Part shown: piece after piece, positions 29,248 to 38,827 of the stretch
Numbering within the stretch: the first letter of the stretch is position 1
Layout of the letters: every line of letters starts with the position of its first letter
DNA from: Litoribrevibacter euphylliae
GTDB taxonomy: Bacteria > Pseudomonadota > Gammaproteobacteria > Pseudomonadales > Litoribrevibacteraceae
Length of the DNA: 64,000 bases
Direction of reading: 5' to 3'
Assembly (NCBI RefSeq): GCF_042646085.1
Contig: NZ_JBHRSZ010000004.1
Span: 136,798-200,797 of the forward strand
Program-made: the position numbers and the translations under genes
The notes under the pieces: generated by a model
What the model saw: the letters and a program-made list of their open reading frames with translations, nothing else
Databases searched by the model: none
What the model was told of the DNA's origin: nothing

Positions 29248-29577
29248 ATGCCCAATTGCCCAAAGTGCGATTCAGAATACCCTTATGAAGATGGTCCGAG
29301 CTATATCTGTCCGGAATGTGCCTACGAGTGGCCAATCAATCAAGAGGAAGAAGAACGCTTGATCGTCAAGGATTCTGTGGGGAACATTCTGAGTGATGGT
29401 GACAGTGTTAATGTCATTAAAGATCTTAAGGTGAAAGGCTCTTCATCGGTGGTGAAAGTGGGTACCAAGATCAAGAACATTCGTTTGGTTGAGAGCTCAG
29501 ATAATCATAATATTGATTGCAAAGTGGAGGGTGTTGGTGCAATCAAGATTACACCTAAGTACGTGAAAAAAGCCTAG
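29248..29577 (+). CDS. phnA: PhnA-family zinc-ribbon protein
   Basis: [28 protein letters not shown] zinc ribbon plus the PhnA C-terminal domain. Confidence 0.8.
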   Translation: MPNCPKCDSEYPYEDGPSYICPECAYEWPINQEEEERLIVKDSVGNILSDGDSVNVIKDLKVKGSSSVVKVGTKIKNIRLVESSDNHNIDCKVEGVGAIKITPKYVKKA

Positions 29578-29868
29578 TACCAAAATTTCTTGGATTCTTA
29601 TTTTTCTATGTTGCAAAGTTACAGATGTGGCTTTGCGTCGTCTCTTGTTTACAACCGGCTCTCTTGTTCATAATTCACTCTCTTCTCCAAAACCCCTTCT
29701 TTGATTAATTATTCCTAGTCTCCTCATGCTTAAGTTCTATTGATAAGTTTGTTTATATCTGCAAGTTTGTGTTTTCATTCTATATCTTTGATTTACATTG
29801 GTTTTGTTGGTCTTTGGCTAGGCCTTCGCAACGTGTTTTTGCAACTGAACATAAGGGACTTATAAAAA

Positions 29869-30768
29869 ATGAACAAAGGATTGGGTTATCTTCTAATGGT
29901 GTCAGGCCTTGTCGCTTGCGGTGGTGGAGGCGGAGGGGGCAACAGCGGTACGCCGTTAAATCCTGATCCAACAGAACCTTCCAGCGTCTTAACTATTCCT
30001 GTGGTGGTGCACGTTCTTTACGAAGATGAATACCCTGACTCTAATCTCTCCGATGAGAAAATTTTGTCTCAGATTGCAGTGTTGAATAAAGACTTTAGGG
30101 CTTTGAACGAAGACCTAAACACGGTTCCCGAAGAGTTTCAGCCCTTTGTTGCGGATGTGGGTATCGAATTTAAAATGGCCGAAATCAACCCTGATGGCTT
30201 ACCTACTAATGGTATTACCCGCACAGAACGAAGCTTTGTAGATTTAGACGGCGTACATTTCACCAATGCCGGTGGAAGAGATGCCTGGCCAACTGACCAA
30301 TACTTAAACATTTGGCTCTATGACACCGCAGATCGTAACGGCAATGTGGGGGCCGTGGGCAGGGCTCAGTCACCTGGAGGTAACCCATTAACGGACGGTG
30401 TGGTTTTGGATTATCGGGCAATAGGAACTGTGCCACCTTTTTATGGCGCGCATACTAAGGGTAGAACCGCAACCCATGAAATAGGCCATTGGCTCGATCT
30501 GCGTCATATTTTTGCTACTAATGGCTCGTGCGAAGCATCAGATTTGGTCGACGATACACCGACGGCTTTGAATCAATATGAAGGGAAACCAACTCATCCT
30601 TCAAGTTCTTGCGGCAGCAATGATATGTTCATGAACTTTATGGATTACTCGGACGATGACGTTTTGGTGATGTTTACCAAAGGCCAGAAAGAGCGGATGC
30701 GAGCGGTATTTGAACCTGGTGGTGGTCGTTACGACCTCTATCTAAATATCACTGCAGATAATGATTAA
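29869..30768 (+). CDS. Lipoprotein zinc metalloprotease, metzincin (M43/pappalysin-like)
   Basis: Lipobox LVACGGGGGGGNSG. HEIGHWLDLRH extended zinc motif. Confidence 0.7.
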   Translation: MNKGLGYLLMVSGLVACGGGGGGGNSGTPLNPDPTEPSSVLTIPVVVHVLYEDEYPDSNLSDEKILSQIAVLNKDFRALNEDLNTVPEEFQPFVADVGIEFKMAEINPDGLPTNGITRTERSFVDLDGVHFTNAGGRDAWPTDQYLNIWLYDTADRNGNVGAVGRAQSPGGNPLTDGVVLDYRAIGTVPPFYGAHTKGRTATHEIGHWLDLRHIFATNGSCEASDLVDDTPTALNQYEGKPTHPSSSCGSNDMFMNFMDYSDDDVLVMFTKGQKERMRAVFEPGGGRYDLYLNITADND

Positions 30769-30831
30769 CCTGAGCGCAGACAACGGTAAAGCGCTCGCCC
30801 CCGAATCGGTAAATTAGAAGAAGTATTAACT

Positions 30832-31329
30832 ATGGACGATGTAACCATTAACCAGATCAACTTCGATCAAACATTAATTCTTAGCAAACGTGACTTCAGT
30901 ATCGTGGAGCAAGATGAAGACGGTATCGAGCTGCTTTATAAGGGCGAAACTCGTTGCCAGCCGTATGTGTACTTTAAGCCGCTGCTCAATAGGGACGATC
31001 GAACCCAATACGATTATGAGATGCTGTTGTTTGAATGCTACGAAGACTTTGCGGTACTGCTTGAGCAAAATGTCGAGGAGCATTCGGATCACTTTGTGGT
31101 TCACAGTCGTTTTGCTCTGCGACAGGAAGACACAGAAACCCTATCCGGAATGGAATTCTCCTATCCTGAAGAGGAGGGGGTCTATCAATACCACATTCAA
31201 AACTCGATCGTGCCAGTGGATGATTCTCGGATTTCTACCAATCCTTTGGATATAGACGTTGAAGGGTGTTTGAAGGTGGAGAGAGTTGAAGTGCCATTGG
31301 TTGGCTCGTATTTGTGTCCGACGACATAA
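30832..31329 (+). CDS. Acidic hypothetical protein (165 aa)
   Basis: ORF 60 nt downstream of the metalloprotease with no recognisable motifs. Confidence 0.45.
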   Translation: MDDVTINQINFDQTLILSKRDFSIVEQDEDGIELLYKGETRCQPYVYFKPLLNRDDRTQYDYEMLLFECYEDFAVLLEQNVEEHSDHFVVHSRFALRQEDTETLSGMEFSYPEEEGVYQYHIQNSIVPVDDSRISTNPLDIDVEGCLKVERVEVPLVGSYLCPTT

Positions 31330-31423
31330 ATGCGCTTGAATAATAAATTGTTTTAGCAGCTTCTTTTGATGGGGGCGCCTCCGTACCTCCCTGATCTTTG
31401 TACGAGGTGAGGTACGGTCGGCG

Positions 31424-32578
31424 CTAAGAAGCTTTACCTGGTCGGAGTTTAACTAAGTCCGTTAGTACCGCATCCAGACCGCCATAGACGGAGATGTTGT
31501 TGATGCGTGCAGTCACTCTTTCCAACGCTTCCAGTTCTTTTAGTCTTAGTAATGTTGGGTTGTTTTCCATCATTTTCGCGGTGTTGTGAAGAGAGCGCAT
31601 GGCTTGAGTCTCTTCTCGGCGCTTGATCAGGTTCGCTTCGGACTCTTTTTGAGCTTCCACCACCTGATTCAAGATTTGCTTCATATCACCGGGTAATATG
31701 ATGTCTTTTACCCCAATACTAGCTACATGAATTCCGTATTCAGCAGCTTTCTCCTGAATGCCAGTTTCAATTAAACCGTTCAGACTGTTTTTATCTTCAA
31801 GCAATGTATCCAAGGTTTGGGTACCTACCGCTTCTCGCAACCTAAGCTGCAATTCTCGATACAAGAAGCTGGAATAGTCATTGAGTTTGGTTGCGACAAT
31901 GTTTGGATCTACGATTTTGTAGCTGCCACTTAAATTGATTCGCAAACTCACTCTGTCTTTAGTCAGGATCTCCTGCCCACTGACCTCAATGCCTTGAAGC
32001 CTCATATCCAGCTGTTTCACTGAAATTGAGCGGTTGTATTTCCAATACCCATAACTGCCTGAAGGCAAAATCTGTTCGAGTTTTCCGTTAACGGAAAGAA
32101 GGCCAACGTGTTCGTCTGCGATTTCAGTGTAATAAATTGCAGATAGCACCTGAGGGCTTCGGCTGAGGGTATGCCCTCGGGCCAGCAATCCAAGGTGCTG
32201 ATCACTCAAGCGATAGTCCTGATTGATGTTCACGCGCTCTACTCGATGGTTTTCAATGCCTTTCCACGCAGCCAGGAAGGTCCCAGGCTTTAATATATCC
32301 ACTAAGTGACCGTCGCGGTAAAAGAGTCCGATTTGATCGTCTGTCATTTCGAACGTTTCTACATAGGCTTCGAAGGCCTTGCCATGAGTGGCTAATAAAA
32401 ATTTGGCCTGTGCGTTATCGAATATCACATCAGTGATGTCGTATTTTTCAATGCGAACATTACCGGCCGTTACCCATATTTTATGGCGGCCAGGATTTAA
32501 GATTCTTTCAAATCTATTCCTCTTAAAGAGTAAGGCTCGCTCGTTATCTGCTATGTCTATTGTTTTCCATGGAAGCAT
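31424..32578 (-). CDS. SPFH/Band-7 (slipin-like) domain protein
   Basis: GIHVASIGVKDIILPGDMKQILNQVVEAQKESEANLIKRRE, a typical SPFH core plus coiled coil. Confidence 0.8.
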   Translation of the reverse strand: MLPWKTIDIADNERALLFKRNRFERILNPGRHKIWVTAGNVRIEKYDITDVIFDNAQAKFLLATHGKAFEAYVETFEMTDDQIGLFYRDGHLVDILKPGTFLAAWKGIENHRVERVNINQDYRLSDQHLGLLARGHTLSRSPQVLSAIYYTEIADEHVGLLSVNGKLEQILPSGSYGYWKYNRSISVKQLDMRLQGIEVSGQEILTKDRVSLRINLSGSYKIVDPNIVATKLNDYSSFLYRELQLRLREAVGTQTLDTLLEDKNSLNGLIETGIQEKAAEYGIHVASIGVKDIILPGDMKQILNQVVEAQKESEANLIKRREETQAMRSLHNTAKMMENNPTLLRLKELEALERVTARINNISVYGGLDAVLTDLVKLRPGKAS

Positions 32579-32899
32579 GGTTTTTACCTTTAATCTTTAT
32601 GCTCGTTACAAGCGATTGTTTAAGAGTGAGGCCCACCTGACAAACTAGGGGCTGATCGCTTGAATTAAGCAGGGAGAACAACAAGCGGTCATAGGTACTT
32701 CGGGTAAAAATTGTCTACCCAAAAGTTACGTTGGACGTTGCTGAACGCCGTGCCTAACTGCCCACCATCAGCGGCTAGTTGGTTAGCGCTTTCACTGTCT
32801 AACCGATTTTGCAGAAACTGATCTCTTTACGGCGATCACTTCTTTGAAAACAGAAAAACAGTGGCAGCTATGAGCCTCGTTTTTTTACAGGATGGAATT

Positions 32900-32958
32900 C
32901 CTGGTGGGGACTCGAACCCCAAGGCATTTGCCTCTACCAAACGTCAGTGAAAGTGACG
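32900..32958 (-). other. tRNA-derived fragment: Glu-like anticodon stem-loop plus T-arm and acceptor 3-prime end with CCA
   Basis: Minus strand reads CGTCA-CTTTCAC-TGACG (anticodon-arm-like, loop identical to tRNA-Glu UUC) ... TTGGTAGAG ... TGGGG-TTCGAGT-CCCCA-CCA. It is not foldable as a complete tRNA. Confidence 0.3.
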
Positions 32959-33030
32959 GGACTTGCACAGGATTCGAACCTGTGACCTCTCGATGGTTGT
33001 CGAGCGCTCTACCCATTGAGCTAGCAAGTC
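32959..33030 (-). tRNA. tRNA-like gene with canonical acceptor/D/T arms but a 6-nt anticodon loop (anticodon undetermined; possible pseudo-tRNA)
   Basis: Minus strand reads GACTTGC-TA-GCTC-AATGGGTA-GAGC-G-CTCGA-CAACCA-TCGAG-AGGTC-ACAGG-TTCGAAT-CCTGT-GCAAGTC-C. All stems are perfect and the T-loop is canonical, but the anticodon loop has only 6 nt. Confidence 0.5.
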
Positions 33031-33206
33031 GGTGTTCAGGCCATTAGTCAAATTGGTACACATCACATTACTTATGCTTGTGCCGGGCTGACATTCAGAA
33101 TCAGCACCACAAATTTGAGGTCTTCCTAAACTCTGTTGAAACACACCGTTTTTTCGGTGGGTTTGCATTCGTGATCACTTGGTGATGAACTTTTATTTCT
33201 GTATCT

Positions 33207-34238
33207 CTATTTCCGAACCTTCACACACCAAGTGTTTGTATCTGTTTGCTCTAAGGTTATGTTGATATCTGTAAAGCTCTCAATCACATCAATGTTGGTT
33301 AATAGGTGTTGGGTTGGTTTCAGCGTGGTAAATTGACCGCCAGCACCTAACACCATTGGCAGCAAGAGTTGATCTGCCAAGTGCTTTCCAACAGGTACAT
33401 CGGTTGTCAGATAGTCTCGCAGTTCTTCAATTGCCTGATGTGCTACCTTTTCTGCGCTGACGCGTTTTTCGCCGACCACTTCAATAACTTCAACAAGGTG
33501 CTGGCTTTTCACACGCAGCGACAGGATGTTCCCCGGGCCTTGTGACGACACCATTTGTTGTTGCAGCGCCTCATCGGGCCATGCGCATTTTTTCTTTACC
33601 TGTGTTAATTCCCGTTCATTGACGCTTCTGGGAATGCGCGACGATGTTGCCATTGCCATGCGTTCCAGTATTTCCCCTCGATGCATCATCTCAAGCGGTT
33701 GAAGCCCATTGGTTGGCTGAACTCTTGTTGGCTGAATTCTTACTCGCCATGCACCGCCACCGGCAGGGTAGAAACCGTATTGTTCCAGTTTGACCTCTGC
33801 TCGGTATCCCAGTTGATTGATCACCGGCAGGAAGCTTTGCTCAATAAAGTCAAAGCTGGGGGCAGAACCGTTATGGGTGCCGCCTTCCAGGGTTATTTCA
33901 CTGGTTCCGTCAGAAAAGCACAGTGGCAAAAAGACGGTTTGGAAGACCAAACTGGTACTGCCTGCTGAGCCAATCGCGAACCGGTAGTCTCCCGATTCAA
34001 TCTTTCCTGGTTTGAAGGTTACGTCCGTCGAACCAAGTTCTGCGCCTGAAACCTCTGCACCACAAATGGCTTGTGCGGCTTTTAGGCACGTTAAATGCTG
34101 CCGTAATAAACCGGGCTTTGAGCGGCCTGCCCGGATGTTGTAGATCCGAACCGGTTTGCCAAGGTGCATTGATAACGTCAGTGAGGTGCGGAAGATTTGT
34201 CCGCCGCCTTCACCGAGTTGTCCGTTAATTTCGATCAT
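33207..34238 (-). CDS. rtcA: RNA 3-prime-terminal phosphate cyclase RtcA
   Basis: 343 aa with an RtcA-like N-terminus MIEINGQLGEGGGQIFRTSLTLS. Confidence 0.9.
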   Translation of the reverse strand: MIEINGQLGEGGGQIFRTSLTLSMHLGKPVRIYNIRAGRSKPGLLRQHLTCLKAAQAICGAEVSGAELGSTDVTFKPGKIESGDYRFAIGSAGSTSLVFQTVFLPLCFSDGTSEITLEGGTHNGSAPSFDFIEQSFLPVINQLGYRAEVKLEQYGFYPAGGGAWRVRIQPTRVQPTNGLQPLEMMHRGEILERMAMATSSRIPRSVNERELTQVKKKCAWPDEALQQQMVSSQGPGNILSLRVKSQHLVEVIEVVGEKRVSAEKVAHQAIEELRDYLTTDVPVGKHLADQLLLPMVLGAGGQFTTLKPTQHLLTNIDVIESFTDINITLEQTDTNTWCVKVRK

Positions 34239-34241
34239 GCT

Positions 34242-35468
34242 TTATCCTTTTACACAGACCACTTGTTTTAGCGTATAGACGATTTCAACCAAGTCTTTCT
34301 GTGCTTCCATTACTTTCTCAATGGGCTTATACGCTGATGGTGTTTCATCAATCACGCCTGCATCTTTTCGGCATTCCACATCGGCTGTGGCCTGACGGTG
34401 CTCTTCCAAAGAGACCAGTTTCTTGGCTTTGGTTCGAGACATCACTCGACCCGCACCGTGGCTGCAACTGCAGAAACTTTCTTCATTTCCCAAGCCTCGG
34501 ACGATGAAGGATTTAGCGCCCATGCTTCCGGGGATGATCCCCAGTTCATTTTTACGCGCTCGAACTGCGCCTTTACGTGTCACCAGCACATCTTTCCCGT
34601 AGTGATGTTCTCTCGATACATAGTTATGGTGGCAGTTCACCGCTTCCATTCGTGCTTCAAAGTCGATACCTAATGCCTTTCTTACCGCCAGAATGACTCG
34701 GTTCATCATTACTTCGCGGTTAGTTCGAGCGAAGTCCTGCGCCCATTCAACCGCTTCCACGTATTGTTCAAAATGATCCGATCCTTCCGGTAGATAGGCC
34801 AGGTCGGAATCGGGCAAATGGATATGCCAACGCTCCATATCCTTTTTAGCCAGTTCAATAAAGTGTGTACCGATGCGGTTTCCCACACCTCTAGACCCAC
34901 TATGCAGCATCAGCCACACACTACCGTGCTCATCCAGACACATTTCAATGAAGTGGTTACCTGTGCCCAAGGTTCCCAAATGGTTTAAGTTGTTGGTGTT
35001 TTTCAACACCGGGTGTTTTTCCTTTAATACATCGAACTGAGTGGCCAACGGTGCCCAGGCTGTCATTACGTCGTTAGGTGCATCATTCCAGGCACCTTTA
35101 TCTCGTCCACCTCGGGCTCGTGCTGATCGTCCGTGAGGCACCGCTTGTTCAATGGCTGAACGCACGCCCGATAAATTATCCGGGAGTTGCGAAGCGTGCA
35201 TGCTGGTTCGAACCGCCATCATGCCGCAACCGATGTCCACGCCCACGGCGGCGGGAATAACGGCGCCTAGTGTCGGGACCACGCTTCCGATGGTTGCGCC
35301 TTTCCCAAGGTGTACGTCTGGCATGGCGGCCACCCACTTATGGATAAAGGGCATCCTTGAGATGTTCTTCAACTGTTCTTTGGCTTCAGACTCAAAAGGT
35401 ACGCCCTTCGTCCAGGACTTGATTGGCACGCCGCCATCTTGCATTACTTCATAAGGTTGATGAGTCAT
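34242..35468 (-). CDS. rtcB: RNA-splicing ligase RtcB
   Basis: 408 aa; conserved HNYV, GAGR and Cys/His metal-ligand regions. Start at MTHQPYEV with an AAGGAA RBS. Confidence 0.9.
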   Translation of the reverse strand: MTHQPYEVMQDGGVPIKSWTKGVPFESEAKEQLKNISRMPFIHKWVAAMPDVHLGKGATIGSVVPTLGAVIPAAVGVDIGCGMMAVRTSMHASQLPDNLSGVRSAIEQAVPHGRSARARGGRDKGAWNDAPNDVMTAWAPLATQFDVLKEKHPVLKNTNNLNHLGTLGTGNHFIEMCLDEHGSVWLMLHSGSRGVGNRIGTHFIELAKKDMERWHIHLPDSDLAYLPEGSDHFEQYVEAVEWAQDFARTNREVMMNRVILAVRKALGIDFEARMEAVNCHHNYVSREHHYGKDVLVTRKGAVRARKNELGIIPGSMGAKSFIVRGLGNEESFCSCSHGAGRVMSRTKAKKLVSLEEHRQATADVECRKDAGVIDETPSAYKPIEKVMEAQKDLVEIVYTLKQVVCVKG

Positions 35469-35544
35469 CGCTGTATTCCTTGTTTTCAATTACTGCTCTT
35501 AATGTCGTTCTTTATTTAGTGATATTTGTTTTTGAATTAGATAT

Positions 35545-35560
35545 AGCGAGTAGGGTGCCA
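35545..35560 (-). promoter_or_regulatory. Sigma-54 (-24/-12) promoter TGGCAC-N5-TCGCT driving rtcBA
   Basis: The minus strand reads TGGCACCCTACTCGCT about 75 nt upstream of the rtcB start, with GG and GC at the correct 10-nt spacing. Confidence 0.6.
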
Positions 35561-35740
35561 ACTTTTGAAATTAACGGGAAAATAATTTTTAACCGATTGA
35601 TTTTAAACGGTAAAAATATTTTTTTGTGTATTTTTATTCTCTTGGAGTTAACTGTGTGTCTTGTGTATAGCTATCTAAAAAGATAGTTATATAATATATT
35701 TGATAGATATATTGATGTTTGTTTTGTGTGTTTGATGGTT

Positions 35741-37330
35741 ATGAAGACAGTTGCTATTAGTATTTTAGGCACCACGATGGATAGGCGTGGTCGAGGTGAG
35801 AAGCGATGGGATAAGTGGCGTCCTACCGTATCCATGTGTCAGCACGATGATCTGTTGATTGATCGTCTTGAATTGCTCTTCGACAATCACTCATTAAGCT
35901 TGGCTGAGCAGGTGAAAGAAGACATCGCCAGAGTTTCTCCTGAGACAGAGGTGGTCTTTCATCGTGTGAATTTCAGTGATCCTTGGGACTTTGAAAGCGT
36001 TTACAGTCAGTTGCTGGATTTTGTACGTGCCTACTCTTTCAAACCTGGTAAAGAGAATTATCTGACCCACATTACCACCGGCACGCACGTTGCGCAGATT
36101 TGTTTGTATTTGTTGACGGAAGCGGGCTACTTGCCAGGCAAGTTATTGCAAACGTCTCCGGCTAATCGAAACAGCAATCTTCCGGGGCAATATCAGATCA
36201 TTGATCTCGATTTGTCGAAGTACGATCAGATTGCGTCCCGGTTCCAAAAAGAACACCACGAAGGTACCACGTATCTAAAAGGTGGAATTGAGACGAATAA
36301 TCCGGCGTTCAATACCATGATTGAACAATTGGAGAAGGTGTCTGTTCGTTCTAATGAATCCATTCTGATTACCGGGCCAACCGGGGCAGGGAAGTCGCAA
36401 CTGGCTCAACGGGTTTACGAACTCAGGAAGCAGCGAGGTAAGCTGTCGGGTCGTTTAGTCTCGGTGAATTGCGCCACCCTGCGTGGTGAAAATGCGATGT
36501 CGGCGTTGTTCGGCCATAAGAAAGGCGCGTTCACCGGCGCAACTACGGATCGACCGGGGTTACTAAGGGAAGCCAATCAAGGCATGCTGTTCCTCGATGA
36601 AATTGGTGAATTAGGGTTGGATGAACAAGCGATGTTGCTTCGGGCCATCGAAGATAAGCGTTTCATGCCCTTCGGTTCAGATAAAGAAGTGACCAGTGAC
36701 TTCCAGCTAATAGCAGGGACAAATAGAGACCTGAATAGGTTATCCAGTGAGGGCGCTTTCCGGGAAGACTTGTTGGCTCGGATTGATCTTTGGACGTATC
36801 AACTGCCGTCGTTGAAAGAGCGCATTGAGGATTTGGAACCAAACATCGACTATGAACTGGAAGTATTTTCCGGCAAGTCGGGTTATCTGGTGAGTTTTAA
36901 CAAAGCCGCTCGGGATAAATACCTGGCTTTCAGTCGTTCTTCAGAAGCACTGTGGTCAGCCAATTTTCGGGATTTGAATGCCAGTATCACTCGCATGGCA
37001 ACCCTGTCGGATGGCGGGCGCATTACGGTTGATGTGGTTGAAGAAGAAATCAGTCGTTTGAGACGAAAGTGGAAGCCAGATTCAAGCTCAGGGTGGCAAT
37101 CAATCAAGGTGATTTCGGAGGTAATGGATACAGACGCGATCAATCAAATGGACTATTTCGATCAACTAAAACTCGCCCATCTGATTGAAGTCTGTAGGCA
37201 ATCTGGTTCAATGGCAGAAGCCGGAAGAACGCTCTTTAATGTAAGCCGTGAAGAGAAGAAATCGAATAATGACTCTCATCGAGTCAAACAGCTATTAGCA
37301 AAATATGGATTGAGCTTTGGTGAGTTGTGA
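35741..37330 (+). CDS. rtcR: Sigma-54-dependent transcriptional activator RtcR (CARF-like N-domain + AAA+ + HTH)
   Basis: MKTVAISILGTTMDRRG N-terminus; GPTGAGKSQLAQRV Walker A; ALFGHKKGAFTGA GAFTGA motif. Divergent from rtcBA. Confidence 0.9.
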   Translation: MKTVAISILGTTMDRRGRGEKRWDKWRPTVSMCQHDDLLIDRLELLFDNHSLSLAEQVKEDIARVSPETEVVFHRVNFSDPWDFESVYSQLLDFVRAYSFKPGKENYLTHITTGTHVAQICLYLLTEAGYLPGKLLQTSPANRNSNLPGQYQIIDLDLSKYDQIASRFQKEHHEGTTYLKGGIETNNPAFNTMIEQLEKVSVRSNESILITGPTGAGKSQLAQRVYELRKQRGKLSGRLVSVNCATLRGENAMSALFGHKKGAFTGATTDRPGLLREANQGMLFLDEIGELGLDEQAMLLRAIEDKRFMPFGSDKEVTSDFQLIAGTNRDLNRLSSEGAFREDLLARIDLWTYQLPSLKERIEDLEPNIDYELEVFSGKSGYLVSFNKAARDKYLAFSRSSEALWSANFRDLNASITRMATLSDGGRITVDVVEEEISRLRRKWKPDSSSGWQSIKVISEVMDTDAINQMDYFDQLKLAHLIEVCRQSGSMAEAGRTLFNVSREEKKSNNDSHRVKQLLAKYGLSFGEL

Positions 37331-37410
37331 TTGTTTTTTCTTATGCTTTTCTTAATATTAATCTGGGTATTATGACCGGCTAATCAACTAATTTTGAGAG
37401 GGATTTTCAA

Positions 37411-37731
37411 ATGCGTATATCACAGGTATGTGGCTTTTTAACGCTAGTTCTAAGTGCTCAGTTAAGTCAGGCAAGTGAGCTTATTTATAAAACCGTATCT
37501 GTGTCTGACGCACGTGATCGGATCATTGAAATTACACAGACGCTACGGCCAAACAAAGATGGCAGTTTTACGTTATTGAAGATTGAACCAGAACAGGAAG
37601 CAAACGCTTTTTTCGATAGAGCTTGTAAGGAAGAAGTTGGCCCGGAAGCTCGTTTTATCAGGGTTAATGAAGGAGAGACTATTGTCTCTGAATCAACTGT
37701 CTTTGGTTATGTTTGCCAATCGGAGTCCTAA
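37411..37731 (+). CDS. Small secreted hypothetical protein (106 aa)
   Basis: Signal peptide LTLVLSAQLSQASE. Confidence 0.5.
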   Translation: MRISQVCGFLTLVLSAQLSQASELIYKTVSVSDARDRIIEITQTLRPNKDGSFTLLKIEPEQEANAFFDRACKEEVGPEARFIRVNEGETIVSESTVFGYVCQSES

Positions 37732-37813
37732 AATTAATTAGCGATATTGTTAATAAGGCGGATATTGCTAATTTACACTGGCGCAAAATGGGCAATTTGG
37801 AGTGCTTAGAGAA

Positions 37814-38284
37814 ATGGAAATTCAAAAACTAAGTCAGGATGACTTGGACTCAATTGCCCGCTTGATTTCTTCGGTGGCCGAAGTAGATATCTTCCCTTAT
37901 TTCTGCGAGCAGGGGCGGGCGGAATTCCAAACCCGTGTGCTGCCCGACCTTAAAACCATTCTTACAGAATCAAACTACCTCTCTGTTAAAGCGGTCATTT
38001 CTGGTGATATTGTCGGGGTAGCTGCGTTACGAAATGCGGATTACCTCACTCACTTGTTTGTATCGAAATCTTGCCAAGGTATGGGCGTGGGAAAGGCACT
38101 TCTTGATTATGTAGTGAAGGAAACCCAGGCTAAGCAGGTGAACCTTCGTTCGTCGATTAATGCCGTGAGTTTTTACGAATCTCTGGGATTTGAATGCACG
38201 GGTGAAGAAGGTGATTACAACGGTATTCGGTTTATGCCAATGACACTAGACTTGTCAAAGCCTGAAAGCTCTAAAGCATGGTAA
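37814..38284 (+). CDS. GNAT-family N-acetyltransferase
   Basis: VAALRNADYLTHLFVSKSCQGMGVGKALLDYV acetyl-CoA-binding motif. Confidence 0.75.
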   Translation: MEIQKLSQDDLDSIARLISSVAEVDIFPYFCEQGRAEFQTRVLPDLKTILTESNYLSVKAVISGDIVGVAALRNADYLTHLFVSKSCQGMGVGKALLDYVVKETQAKQVNLRSSINAVSFYESLGFECTGEEGDYNGIRFMPMTLDLSKPESSKAW

Positions 38285-38291
38285 TCAAGGA

Positions 38292-38702
38292 TTGGAAATG
38301 AAAATACATAAAGGCTCATGTTTGTGTGGAAGTGTTGCGTTTGAATTGTCAGGGGAGTTCGACTCCTTCTTTCTTTGTCATTGTCAGCATTGTCAAAAAG
38401 ATACGGGCTCAGCACATGCGGCCAACCTGTTCTCAACCTCGGGAACACTTACTTGGCGAAAAGGCAGAGACTTGGTTAAAACCTTTCAATTGCCAGAGAC
38501 TCAACATTCAAAAAGCTTTTGTCAAAACTGCGGTTCTGCTGTACCAACACATGCCGAAAATTTAGGCTTTGTGGTTGTTCCTGCGGGCAGTTTAGATACA
38601 CCGATAGATAAGACTCCAAATGCAAAGATTTTCATGAAAAGTCAGGCGGAGTGGACAAAGTCTATGGACAACGTACCGGGTTTTGAGACGTTGCCAGAAT
38701 AG
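38292..38702 (+). CDS. GFA/CENP-V family (glutathione-dependent formaldehyde-activating-enzyme-like) zinc protein
   Basis: GSCLCGSVAFEL ... CHCQHCQK cysteine pattern. Confidence 0.75.
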   Translation: MEMKIHKGSCLCGSVAFELSGEFDSFFLCHCQHCQKDTGSAHAANLFSTSGTLTWRKGRDLVKTFQLPETQHSKSFCQNCGSAVPTHAENLGFVVVPAGSLDTPIDKTPNAKIFMKSQAEWTKSMDNVPGFETLPE

Positions 38703-38827
38703 GGAATTAACTTATAGGCTTTATTACTATTTAACACCAAACCGGTTAGTATTTTGTTTCCCCGAATTACATACTGTTTTCTCAAACATGGGATGTTTGA
38801 CTCGATATTGAAGAATAAGGATGTTCT

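Noticed and set aside
32893-33035. tmRNA, or a single long-variable-arm tRNA spanning both tRNA-like pieces
   Set aside because: There is no tmRNA 5-prime or 3-prime signature. The combined length of about 128 nt is too long for a class II tRNA, and the internal pairing does not support it.
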